Shown: positions 45,201-57,200 of the stretch, piece after piece
How the letters are laid out: every line of letters starts with the position of its first letter
How positions within the stretch are numbered: position 1 is the first letter of the stretch
Assembly (NCBI GenBank): GCA_000004985.1
Contig: GG738849.1
Source: Naegleria gruberi
Taxonomy: Eukaryota
DNA: 64,000 bases
Reading direction: 5' to 3' (one strand)
The notes under the pieces: generated by a model
Seen by the model: only the letters and a program-made list of their open reading frames with translations
What the model was told of the DNA's origin: nothing
Database searches by the model: none
Program-made: the position numbers and the translations under genes

Positions 45201-48200
45201 NNNNNNNNNNNNNNNNNNNNNNNNNNNNNNNNNNNNNNNNNNNNNNNNNNNNNNNNNNNNNNNNNNNNNNNNNNNNNNNNNNNNNNNNNNNNNNNNNNNN
45301 NNNNNNNNNNNNNNNNNNNNNNNNNNNNNNNNNNNNNNNNNNNNNNNNNNNNNNNNNNNNNNNNNNNNNNNNNNNNNNNNNNNNNNNNNNNNNNNNNNNN
45401 NNNNNNNNNNNNNNNNNNNNNNNNNNNNNNNNNNNNNNNNNNNNNNNNNNNNNNNNNNNNNNNNNNNNNNNNNNNNNNNNNNNNNNNNNNNNNNNNNNNN
45501 NNNNNNNNNNNNNNNNNNNNNNNNNNNNNNNNNNNNNNNNNNNNNNNNNNNNNNNNNNNNNNNNNNNNNNNNNNNNNNNNNNNNNNNNNNNNNNNNNNNN
45601 NNNNNNNNNNNNNNNNNNNNNNNNNNNNNNNNNNNNNNNNNNNNNNNNNNNNNNNNNNNNNNNNNNNNNNNNNNNNNNNNNNNNNNNNNNNNNNNNNNNN
45701 NNNNNNNNNNNNNNNNNNNNNNNNNNNNNNNNNNNNNNNNNNNNNNNNNNNNNNNNNNNNNNNNNNNNNNNNNNNNNNNNNNNNNNNNNNNNNNNNNNNN
45801 NNNNNNNNNNNNNNNNNNNNNNNNNNNNNNNNNNNNNNNNNNNNNNNNNNNNNNNNNNNNNNNNNNNNNNNNNNNNNNNNNNNNNNNNNNNNNNNNNNNN
45901 NNNNNNNNNNNNNNNNNNNNNNNNNNNNNNNNNNNNNNNNNNNNNNNNNNNNNNNNNNNNNNNNNNNNNNNNNNNNNNNNNNNNNNNNNNNNNNNNNNNN
46001 NNNNNNNNNNNNNNNNNNNNNNNNNNNNNNNNNNNNNNNNNNNNNNNNNNNNNNNNNNNNNNNNNNNNNNNNNNNNNNNNNNNNNNNNNNNNNNNNNNNN
46101 NNNNNNNNNNNNNNNNNNNNNNNNNNNNNNNNNNNNNNNNNNNNNNNNNNNNNNNNNNNNNNNNNNNNNNNNNNNNNNNNNNNNNNNNNNNNNNNNNNNN
46201 NNNNNNNNNNNNNNNNNNNNNNNNNNNNNNNNNNNNNNNNNNNNNNNNNNNNNNNNNNNNNNNNNNNNNNNNNNNNNNNNNNNNNNNNNNNNNNNNNNNN
46301 NNNNNNNNNNNNNNNNNNNNNNNNNNNNNNNNNNNNNNNNNNNNNNNNNNNNNNNNNNNNNNNNNNNNNNNNNNNNNNNNNNNNNNNNNNNNNNNNNNNN
46401 NNNNNNNNNNNNNNNNNNNNNNNNNNNNNNNNNNNNNNNNNNNNNNNNNNNNNNNNNNNNNNNNNNNNNNNNNNNNNNNNNNNNNNNNNNNNNNNNNNNN
46501 NNNNNNNNNNNNNNNNNNNNNNNNNNNNNNNNNNNNNNNNNNNNNNNNNNNNNNNNNNNNNNNNNNNNNNNNNNNNNNNNNNNNNNNNNNNNNNNNNNNN
46601 NNNNNNNNNNNNNNNNNNNNNNNNNNNNNNNNNNNNNNNNNNNNNNNNNNNNNNNNNNNNNNNNNNNNNNNNNNNNNNNNNNNNNNNNNNNNNNNNNNNN
46701 NNNNNNNNNNNNNNNNNNNNNNNNNNNNNNNNNNNNNNNNNNNNNNNNNNNNNNNNNNNNNNNNNNNNNNNNNNNNNNNNNNNNNNNNNNNNNNNNNNNN
46801 NNNNNNNNNNNNNNNNNNNNNNNNNNNNNNNNNNNNNNNNNNNNNNNNNNNNNNNNNNNNNNNNNNNNNNNNNNNNNNNNNNNNNNNNNNNNNNNNNNNN
46901 NNNNNNNNNNNNNNNNNNNNNNNNNNNNNNNNNNNNNNNNNNNNNNNNNNNNNNNNNNNNNNNNNNNNNNNNNNNNNNNNNNNNNNNNNNNNNNNNNNNN
47001 NNNNNNNNNNNNNNNNNNNNNNNNNNNNNNNNNNNNNNNNNNNNNNNNNNNNNNNNNNNNNNNNNNNNNNNNNNNNNNNNNNNNNNNNNNNNNNNNNNNN
47101 NNNNNNNNNNNNNNNNNNNNNNNNNNNNNNNNNNNNNNNNNNNNNNNNNNNNNNNNNNNNNNNNNNNNNNNNNNNNNNNNNNNNNNNNNNNNNNNNNNNN
47201 NNNNNNNNNNNNNNNNNNNNNNNNNNNNNNNNNNNNNNNNNNNNNNNNNNNNNNNNNNNNNNNNNNNNNNNNNNNNNNNNNNNNNNNNNNNNNNNNNNNN
47301 NNNNNNNNNNNNNNNNNNNNNNNNNNNNNNNNNNNNNNNNNNNNNNNNNNNNNNNNNNNNNNNNNNNNNNNNNNNNNNNNNNNNNNNNNNNNNNNNNNNN
47401 NNNNNNNNNNNNNNNNNNNNNNNNNNNNNNNNNNNNNNNNNNNNNNNNNNNNNNNNNNNNNNNNNNNNNNNNNNNNNNNNNNNNNNNNNNNNNNNNNNNN
47501 NNNNNNNNNNNNNNNNNNNNNNNNNNNNNNNNNNNNNNNNNNNNNNNNNNNNNNNNNNNNNNNNNNNNNNNNNNNNNNNNNNNNNNNNNNNNNNNNNNNN
47601 NNNNNNNNNNNNNNNNNNNNNNNNNNNNNNNNNNNNNNNNNNNNNNNNNNNNNNNNNNNNNNNNNNNNNNNNNNNNNNNNNNNNNNNNNNNNNNNNNNNN
47701 NNNNNNNNNNNNNNNNNNNNNNNNNNNNNNNNNNNNNNNNNNNNNNNNNNNNNNNNNNNNNNNNNNNNNNNNNNNNNNNNNNNNNNNNNNNNNNNNNNNN
47801 NNNNNNNNNNNNNNNNNNNNNNNNNNNNNNNNNNNNNNNNNNNNNNNNNNNNNNNNNNNNNNNNNNNNNNNNNNNNNNNNNNNNNNNNNNNNNNNNNNNN
47901 NNNNNNNNNNNNNNNNNNNNNNNNNNNNNNNNNNNNNNNNNNNNNNNNNNNNNNNNNNNNNNNNNNNNNNNNNNNNNNNNNNNNNNNNNNNNNNNNNNNN
48001 NNNNNNNNNNNNNNNNNNNNNNNNNNNNNNNNNNNNNNNNNNNNNNNNNNNNNNNNNNNNNNNNNNNNNNNNNNNNNNNNNNNNNNNNNNNNNNNNNNNN
48101 NNNNNNNNNNNNNNNNNNNNNNNNNNNNNNNNNNNNNNNNNNNNNNNNNNNNNNNNNNNNNNNNNNNNNNNNNNNNNNNNNNNNNNNNNNNNNNNNNNNN

Positions 48201-51200
48201 NNNNNNNNNNNNNNNNNNNNNNNNNNNNNNNNNNNNNNNNNNNNNNNNNNNNNNNNNNNNNNNNNNNNNNNNNNNNNNNNNNNNNNNNNNNNNNNNNNNN
48301 NNNNNNNNNNNNNNNNNNNNNNNNNNNNNNNNNNNNNNNNNNNNNNNNNNNNNNNNNNNNNNNNNNNNNNNNNNNNNNNNNNNNNNNNNNNNNNNNNNNN
48401 NNNNNNNNNNNNNNNNNNNNNNNNNNNNNNNNNNNNNNNNNNNNNNNNNNNNNNNNNNNNNNNNNNNNNNNNNNNNNNNNNNNNNNNNNNNNNNNNNNNN
48501 NNNNNNNNNNNNNNNNNNNNNNNNNNNNNNNNNNNNNNNNNNNNNNNNNNNNNNNNNNNNNNNNNNNNNNNNNNNNNNNNNNNNNNNNNNNNNNNNNNNN
48601 NNNNNNNNNNNNNNNNNNNNNNNNNNNNNNNNNNNNNNNNNNNNNNNNNNNNNNNNNNNNNNNNNNNNNNNNNNNNNNNNNNNNNNNNNNNNNNNNNNNN
48701 NNNNNNNNNNNNNNNNNNNNNNNNNNNNNNNNNNNNNNNNNNNNNNNNNNNNNNNNNNNNNNNNNNNNNNNNNNNNNNNNNNNNNNNNNNNNNNNNNNNN
48801 NNNNNNNNNNNNNNNNNNNNNNNNNNNNNNNNNNNNNNNNNNNNNNNNNNNNNNNNNNNNNNNNNNNNNNNNNNNNNNNNNNNNNNNNNNNNNNNNNNNN
48901 NNNNNNNNNNNNNNNNNNNNNNNNNNNNNNNNNNNNNNNNNNNNNNNNNNNNNNNNNNNNNNNNNNNNNNNNNNNNNNNNNNNNNNNNNNNNNNNNNNNN
49001 NNNNNNNNNNNNNNNNNNNNNNNNNNNNNNNNNNNNNNNNNNNNNNNNNNNNNNNNNNNNNNNNNNNNNNNNNNNNNNNNNNNNNNNNNNNNNNNNNNNN
49101 NNNNNNNNNNNNNNNNNNNNNNNNNNNNNNNNNNNNNNNNNNNNNNNNNNNNNNNNNNNNNNNNNNNNNNNNNNNNNNNNNNNNNNNNNNNNNNNNNNNN
49201 NNNNNNNNNNNNNNNNNNNNNNNNNNNNNNNNNNNNNNNNNNNNNNNNNNNNNNNNNNNNNNNNNNNNNNNNNNNNNNNNNNNNNNNNNNNNNNNNNNNN
49301 NNNNNNNNNNNNNNNNNNNNNNNNNNNNNNNNNNNNNNNNNNNNNNNNNNNNNNNNNNNNNNNNNNNNNNNNNNNNNNNNNNNNNNNNNNNNNNNNNNNN
49401 NNNNNNNNNNNNNNNNNNNNNNNNNNNNNNNNNNNNNNNNNNNNNNNNNNNNNNNNNNNNNNNNNNNNNNNNNNNNNNNNNNNNNNNNNNNNNNNNNNNN
49501 NNNNNNNNNNNNNNNNNNNNNNNNNNNNNNNNNNNNNNNNNNNNNNNNNNNNNNNNNNNNNNNNNNNNNNNNNNNNNNNNNNNNNNNNNNNNNNNNNNNN
49601 NNNNNNNNNNNNNNNNNNNNNNNNNNNNNNNNNNNNNNNNNNNNNNNNNNNNNNNNNNNNNNNNNNNNNNNNNNNNNNNNNNNNNNNNNNNNNNNNNNNN
49701 NNNNNNNNNNNNNNNNNNNNNNNNNNNNNNNNNNNNNNNNNNNNNNNNNNNNNNNNNNNNNNNNNNNNNNNNNNNNNNNNNNNNNNNNNNNNNNNNNNNN
49801 NNNNNNNNNNNNNNNNNNNNNNNNNNNNNNNNNNNNNNNNNNNNNNNNNNNNNNNNNNNNNNNNNNNNNNNNNNNNNNNNNNNNNNNNNNNNNNNNNNNN
49901 NNNNNNNNNNNNNNNNNNNNNNNNNNNNNNNNNNNNNNNNNNNNNNNNNNNNNNNNNNNNNNNNNNNNNNNNNNNNNNNNNNNNNNNNNNNNNNNNNNNN
50001 NNNNNNNNNNNNNNNNNNNNNNNNNNNNNNNNNNNNNNNNNNNNNNNNNNNNNNNNNNNNNNNNNNNNNNNNNNNNNNNNNNNNNNNNNNNNNNNNNNNN
50101 NNNNNNNNNNNNNNNNNNNNNNNNNNNNNNNNNNNNNNNNNNNNNNNNNNNNNNNNNNNNNNNNNNNNNNNNNNNNNNNNNNNNNNNNNNNNNNNNNNNN
50201 NNNNNNNNNNNNNNNNNNNNNNNNNNNNNNNNNNNNNNNNNNNNNNNNNNNNNNNNNNNNNNNNNNNNNNNNNNNNNNNNNNNNNNNNNNNNNNNNNNNN
50301 NNNNNNNNNNNNNNNNNNNNNNNNNNNNNNNNNNNNNNNNNNNNNNNNNNNNNNNNNNNNNNNNNNNNNNNNNNNNNNNNNNNNNNNNNNNNNNNNNNNN
50401 NNNNNNNNNNNNNNNNNNNNNNNNNNNNNNNNNNNNNNNNNNNNNNNNNNNNNNNNNNNNNNNNNNNNNNNNNNNNNNNNNNNNNNNNNNNNNNNNNNNN
50501 NNNNNNNNNNNNNNNNNNNNNNNNNNNNNNNNNNNNNNNNNNNNNNNNNNNNNNNNNNNNNNNNNNNNNNNNNNNNNNNNNNNNNNNNNNNNNNNNNNNN
50601 NNNNNNNNNNNNNNNNNNNNNNNNNNNNNNNNNNNNNNNNNNNNNNNNNNNNNNNNNNNNNNNNNNNNNNNNNNNNNNNNNNNNNNNNNNNNNNNNNNNN
50701 NNNNNNNNNNNNNNNNNNNNNNNNNNNNNNNNNNNNNNNNNNNNNNNNNNNNNNNNNNNNNNNNNNNNNNNNNNNNNNNNNNNNNNNNNNNNNNNNNNNN
50801 NNNNNNNNNNNNNNNNNNNNNNNNNNNNNNNNNNNNNNNNNNNNNNNNNNNNNNNNNNNNNNNNNNNNNNNNNNNNNNNNNNNNNNNNNNNNNNNNNNNN
50901 NNNNNNNNNNNNNNNNNNNNNNNNNNNNNNNNNNNNNNNNNNNNNNNNNNNNNNNNNNNNNNNNNNNNNNNNNNNNNNNNNNNNNNNNNNNNNNNNNNNN
51001 NNNNNNNNNNNNNNNNNNNNNNNNNNNNNNNNNNNNNNNNNNNNNNNNNNNNNNNNNNNNNNNNNNNNNNNNNNNNNNNNNNNNNNNNNNNNNNNNNNNN
51101 NNNNNNNNNNNNNNNNNNNNNNNNNNNNNNNNNNNNNNNNNNNNNNNNNNNNNNNNNNNNNNNNNNNNNNNNNNNNNNNNNNNNNNNNNNNNNNNNNNNN

Positions 51201-54200
51201 NNNNNNNNNNNNNNNNNNNNNNNNNNNNNNNNNNNNNNNNNNNNNNNNNNNNNNNNNNNNNNNNNNNNNNNNNNNNNNNNNNNNNNNNNNNNNNNNNNNN
51301 NNNNNNNNNNNNNNNNNNNNNNNNNNNNNNNNNNNNNNNNNNNNNNNNNNNNNNNNNNNNNNNNNNNNNNNNNNNNNNNNNNNNNNNNNNNNNNNNNNNN
51401 NNNNNNNNNNNNNNNNNNNNNNNNNNNNNNNNNNNNNNNNNNNNNNNNNNNNNNNNNNNNNNNNNNNNNNNNNNNNNNNNNNNNNNNNNNNNNNNNNNNN
51501 NNNNNNNNNNNNNNNNNNNNNNNNNNNNNNNNNNNNNNNNNNNNNNNNNNNNNNNNNNNNNNNNNNNNNNNNNNNNNNNNNNNNNNNNNNNNNNNNNNNN
51601 NNNNNNNNNNNNNNNNNNNNNNNNNNNNNNNNNNNNNNNNNNNNNNNNNNNNNNNNNNNNNNNNNNNNNNNNNNNNNNNNNNNNNNNNNNNNNNNNNNNN
51701 NNNNNNNNNNNNNNNNNNNNNNNNNNNNNNNNNNNNNNNNNNNNNNNNNNNNNNNNNNNNNNNNNNNNNNNNNNNNNNNNNNNNNNNNNNNNNNNNNNNN
51801 NNNNNNNNNNNNNNNNNNNNNNNNNNNNNNNNNNNNNNNNNNNNNNNNNNNNNNNNNNNNNNNNNNNNNNNNNNNNNNNNNNNNNNNNNNNNNNNNNNNN
51901 NNNNNNNNNNNNNNNNNNNNNNNNNNNNNNNNNNNNNNNNNNNNNNNNNNNNNNNNNNNNNNNNNNNNNNNNNNNNNNNNNNNNNNNNNNNNNNNNNNNN
52001 NNNNNNNNNNNNNNNNNNNNNNNNNNNNNNNNNNNNNNNNNNNNNNNNNNNNNNNNNNNNNNNNNNNNNNNNNNNNNNNNNNNNNNNNNNNNNNNNNNNN
52101 NNNNNNNNNNNNNNNNNNNNNNNNNNNNNNNNNNNNNNNNNNNNNNNNNNNNNNNNNNNNNNNNNNNNNNNNNNNNNNNNNNNNNNNNNNNNNNNNNNNN
52201 NNNNNNNNNNNNNNNNNNNNNNNNNNNNNNNNNNNNNNNNNNNNNNNNNNNNNNNNNNNNNNNNNNNNNNNNNNNNNNNNNNNNNNNNNNNNNNNNNNNN
52301 NNNNNNNNNNNNNNNNNNNNNNNNNNNNNNNNNNNNNNNNNNNNNNNNNNNNNNNNNNNNNNNNNNNNNNNNNNNNNNNNNNNNNNNNNNNNNNNNNNNN
52401 NNNNNNNNNNNNNNNNNNNNNNNNNNNNNNNNNNNNNNNNNNNNNNNNNNNNNNNNNNNNNNNNNNNNNNNNNNNNNNNNNNNNNNNNNNNNNNNNNNNN
52501 NNNNNNNNNNNNNNNNNNNNNNNNNNNNNNNNNNNNNNNNNNNNNNNNNNNNNNNNNNNNNNNNNNNNNNNNNNNNNNNNNNNNNNNNNNNNNNNNNNNN
52601 NNNNNNNNNNNNNNNNNNNNNNNNNNNNNNNNNNNNNNNNNNNNNNNNNNNNNNNNNNNNNNNNNNNNNNNNNNNNNNNNNNNNNNNNNNNNNNNNNNNN
52701 NNNNNNNNNNNNNNNNNNNNNNNNNNNNNNNNNNNNNNNNNNNNNNNNNNNNNNNNNNNNNNNNNNNNNNNNNNNNNNNNNNNNNNNNNNNNNNNNNNNN
52801 NNNNNNNNNNNNNNNNNNNNNNNNNNNNNNNNNNNNNNNNNNNNNNNNNNNNNNNNNNNNNNNNNNNNNNNNNNNNNNNNNNNNNNNNNNNNNNNNNNNN
52901 NNNNNNNNNNNNNNNNNNNNNNNNNNNNNNNNNNNNNNNNNNNNNNNNNNNNNNNNNNNNNNNNNNNNNNNNNNNNNNNNNNNNNNNNNNNNNNNNNNNN
53001 NNNNNNNNNNNNNNNNNNNNNNNNNNNNNNNNNNNNNNNNNNNNNNNNNNNNNNNNNNNNNNNNNNNNNNNNNNNNNNNNNNNNNNNNNNNNNNNNNNNN
53101 NNNNNNNNNNNNNNNNNNNNNNNNNNNNNNNNNNNNNNNNNNNNNNNNNNNNNNNNNNNNNNNNNNNNNNNNNNNNNNNNNNNNNNNNNNNNNNNNNNNN
53201 NNNNNNNNNNNNNNNNNNNNNNNNNNNNNNNNNNNNNNNNNNNNNNNNNNNNNNNNNNNNNNNNNNNNNNNNNNNNNNNNNNNNNNNNNNNNNNNNNNNN
53301 NNNNNNNNNNNNNNNNNNNNNNNNNNNNNNNNNNNNNNNNNNNNNNNNNNNNNNNNNNNNNNNNNNNNNNNNNNNNNNNNNNNNNNNNNNNNNNNNNNNN
53401 NNNNNNNNNNNNNNNNNNNNNNNNNNNNNNNNNNNNNNNNNNNNNNNNNNNNNNNNNNNNNNNNNNNNNNNNNNNNNNNNNNNNNNNNNNNNNNNNNNNN
53501 NNNNNNNNNNNNNNNNNNNNNNNNNNNNNNNNNNNNNNNNNNNNNNNNNNNNNNNNNNNNNNNNNNNNNNNNNNNNNNNNNNNNNNNNNNNNNNNNNNNN
53601 NNNNNNNNNNNNNNNNNNNNNNNNNNNNNNNNNNNNNNNNNNNNNNNNNNNNNNNNNNNNNNNNNNNNNNNNNNNNNNNNNNNNNNNNNNNNNNNNNNNN
53701 NNNNNNNNNNNNNNNNNNNNNNNNNNNNNNNNNNNNNNNNNNNNNNNNNNNNNNNNNNNNNNNNNNNNNNNNNNNNNNNNNNNNNNNNNNNNNNNNNNNN
53801 NNNNNNNNNNNNNNNNNNNNNNNNNNNNNNNNNNNNNNNNNNNNNNNNNNNNNNNNNNNNNNNNNNNNNNNNNNNNNNNNNNNNNNNNNNNNNNNNNNNN
53901 NNNNNNNNNNNNNNNNNNNNNNNNNNNNNNNNNNNNNNNNNNNNNNNNNNNNNNNNNNNNNNNNNNNNNNNNNNNNNNNNNNNNNNNNNNNNNNNNNNNN
54001 NNNNNNNNNNNNNNNNNNNNNNNNNNNNNNNNNNNNNNNNNNNNNNNNNNNNNNNNNNNNNNNNNNNNNNNNNNNNNNNNNNNNNNNNNNNNNNNNNNNN
54101 NNNNNNNNNNNNNNNNNNNNNNNNNNNNNNNNNNNNNNNNNNNNNNNNNNNNNNNNNNNNNNNNNNNNNNNNNNNNNNNNNNNNNNNNNNNNNNNNNNNN

Positions 54201-57200
54201 NNNNNNNNNNNNNNNNNNNNNNNNNNNNNNNNNNNNNNNNNNNNNNNNNNNNNNNNNNNNNNNNNNNNNNNNNNNNNNNNNNNNNNNNNNNNNNNNNNNN
54301 NNNNNNNNNNNNNNNNNNNNNNNNNNNNNNNNNNNNNNNNNNNNNNNNNNNNNNNNNNNNNNNNNNNNNNNNNNNNNNNNNNNNNNNNNNNNNNNNNNNN
54401 NNNNNNNNNNNNNNNNNNNNNNNNNNNNNNNNNNNNNNNNNNNNNNNNNNNNNNNNNNNNNNNNNNNNNNNNNNNNNNNNNNNNNNNNNNNNNNNNNNNN
54501 NNNNNNNNNNNNNNNNNNNNNNNNNNNNNNNNNNNNNNNNNNNNNNNNNNNNNNNNNNNNNNNNNNNNNNNNNNNNNNNNNNNNNNNNNNNNNNNNNNNN
54601 NNNNNNNNNNNNNNNNNNNNNNNNNNNNNNNNNNNNNNNNNNNNNNNNNNNNNNNNNNNNNNNNNNNNNNNNNNNNNNNNNNNNNNNNNNNNNNNNNNNN
54701 NNNNNNNNNNNNNNNNNNNNNNNNNNNNNNNNNNNNNNNNNNNNNNNNNNNNNNNNNNNNNNNNNNNNNNNNNNNNNNNNNNNNNNNNNNNNNNNNNNNN
54801 NNNNNNNNNNNNNNNNNNNNNNNNNNNNNNNNNNNNNNNNNNNNNNNNNNNNNNNNNNNNNNNNNNNNNNNNNNNNNNNNNNNNNNNNNNNNNNNNNNNN
54901 NNNNNNNNNNNNNNNNNNNNNNNNNNNNNNNNNNNNNNNNNNNNNNNNNNNNNNNNNNNNNNNNNNNNNNNNNNNNNNNNNNNNNNNNNNNNNNNNNNNN
55001 NNNNNNNNNNNNNNNNNNNNNNNNNNNNNNNNNNNNNNNNNNNNNNNNNNNNNNNNNNNNNNNNNNNNNNNNNNNNNNNNNNNNNNNNNNNNNNNNNNNN
55101 NNNNNNNNNNNNNNNNNNNNNNNNNNNNNNNNNNNNNNNNNNNNNNNNNNNNNNNNNNNNNNNNNNNNNNNNNNNNNNNNNNNNNNNNNNNNNNNNNNNN
55201 NNNNNNNNNNNNNNNNNNNNNNNNNNNNNNNNNNNNNNNNNNNNNNNNNNNNNNNNNNNNNNNNNNNNNNNNNNNNNNNNNNNNNNNNNNNNNNNNNNNN
55301 NNNNNNNNNNNNNNNNNNNNNNNNNNNNNNNNNNNNNNNNNNNNNNNNNNNNNNNNNNNNNNNNNNNNNNNNNNNNNNNNNNNNNNNNNNNNNNNNNNNN
55401 NNNNNNNNNNNNNNNNNNNNNNNNNNNNNNNNNNNNNNNNNNNNNNNNNNNNNNNNNNNNNNNNNNNNNNNNNNNNNNNNNNNNNNNNNNNNNNNNNNNN
55501 NNNNNNNNNNNNNNNNNNNNNNNNNNNNNNNNNNNNNNNNNNNNNNNNNNNNNNNNNNNNNNNNNNNNNNNNNNNNNNNNNNNNNNNNNNNNNNNNNNNN
55601 NNNNNNNNNNNNNNNNNNNNNNNNNNNNNNNNNNNNNNNNNNNNNNNNNNNNNNNNNNNNNNNNNNNNNNNNNNNNNNNNNNNNNNNNNNNNNNNNNNNN
55701 NNNNNNNNNNNNNNNNNNNNNNNNNNNNNNNNNNNNNNNNNNNNNNNNNNNNNNNNNNNNNNNNNNNNNNNNNNNNNNNNNNNNNNNNNNNNNNNNNNNN
55801 NNNNNNNNNNNNNNNNNNNNNNNNNNNNNNNNNNNNNNNNNNNNNNNNNNNNNNNNNNNNNNNNNNNNNNNNNNNNNNNNNNNNNNNNNNNNNNNNNNNN
55901 NNNNNNNNNNNNNNNNNNNNNNNNNNNNNNNNNNNNNNNNNNNNNNNNNNNNNNNNNNNNNNNNNNNNNNNNNNNNNNNNNNNNNNNNNNNNNNNNNNNN
56001 NNNNNNNNNNNNNNNNNNNNNNNNNNNNNNNNNNNNNNNNNNNNNNNNNNNNNNNNNNNNNNNNNNNNNNNNNNNNNNNNNNNNNNNNNNNNNNNNNNNN
56101 NNNNNNNNNNNNNNNNNNNNNNNNNNNNNNNNNNNNNNNNNNNNNNNNNNNNNNNNNNNNNNNNNNNNNNNNNNNNNNNNNNNNNNNNNNNNNNNNNNNN
56201 NNNNNNNNNNNNNNNNNNNNNNNNNNNNNNNNNNNNNNNNNNNNNNNNNNNNNNNNNNNNNNNNNNNNNNNNNNNNNNNNNNNNNNNNNNNNNNNNNNNN
56301 NNNNNNNNNNNNNNNNNNNNNNNNNNNNNNNNNNNNNNNNNNNNNNNNNNNNNNNNNNNNNNNNNNNNNNNNNNNNNNNNNNNNNNNNNNNNNNNNNNNN
56401 NNNNNNNNNNNNNNNNNNNNNNNNNNNNNNNNNNNNNNNNNNNNNNNNNNNNNNNNNNNNNNNNNNNNNNNNNNNNNNNNNNNNNNNNNNNNNNNNNNNN
56501 NNNNNNNNNNNNNNNNNNNNNNNNNNNNNNNNNNNNNNNNNNNNNNNNNNNNNNNNNNNNNNNNNNNNNNNNNNNNNNNNNNNNNNNNNNNNNNNNNNNN
56601 NNNNNNNNNNNNNNNNNNNNNNNNNNNNNNNNNNNNNNNNNNNNNNNNNNNNNNNNNNNNNNNNNNNNNNNNNNNNNNNNNNNNNNNNNNNNNNNNNNNN
56701 NNNNNNNNNNNNNNNNNNNNNNNNNNNNNNNNNNNNNNNNNNNNNNNNNNNNNNNNNNNNNNNNNNNNNNNNNNNNNNNNNNNNNNNNNNNNNNNNNNNN
56801 NNNNNNNNNNNNNNNNNNNNNNNNNNNNNNNNNNNNNNNNNNNNNNNNNNNNNNNNNNNNNNNNNNNNNNNNNNNNNNNNNNNNNNNNNNNNNNNNNNNN
56901 NNNNNNNNNNNNNNNNNNNNNNNNNNNNNNNNNNNNNNNNNNNNNNNNNNNNNNNNNNNNNNNNNNNNNNNNNNNNNNNNNNNNNNNNNNNNNNNNNNNN
57001 NNNNNNNNNNNNNNNNNNNNNNNNNNNNNNNNNNNNNNNNNNNNNNNNNNNNNNNNNNNNNNNNNNNNNNNNNNNNNNNNNNNNNNNNNNNNNNNNNNNN
57101 NNNNNNNNNNNNNNNNNNNNNNNNNNNNNNNNNNNNNNNNNNNNNNNNNNNNNNNNNNNNNNNNNNNNNNNNNNNNNNNNNNNNNNNNNNNNNNNNNNNN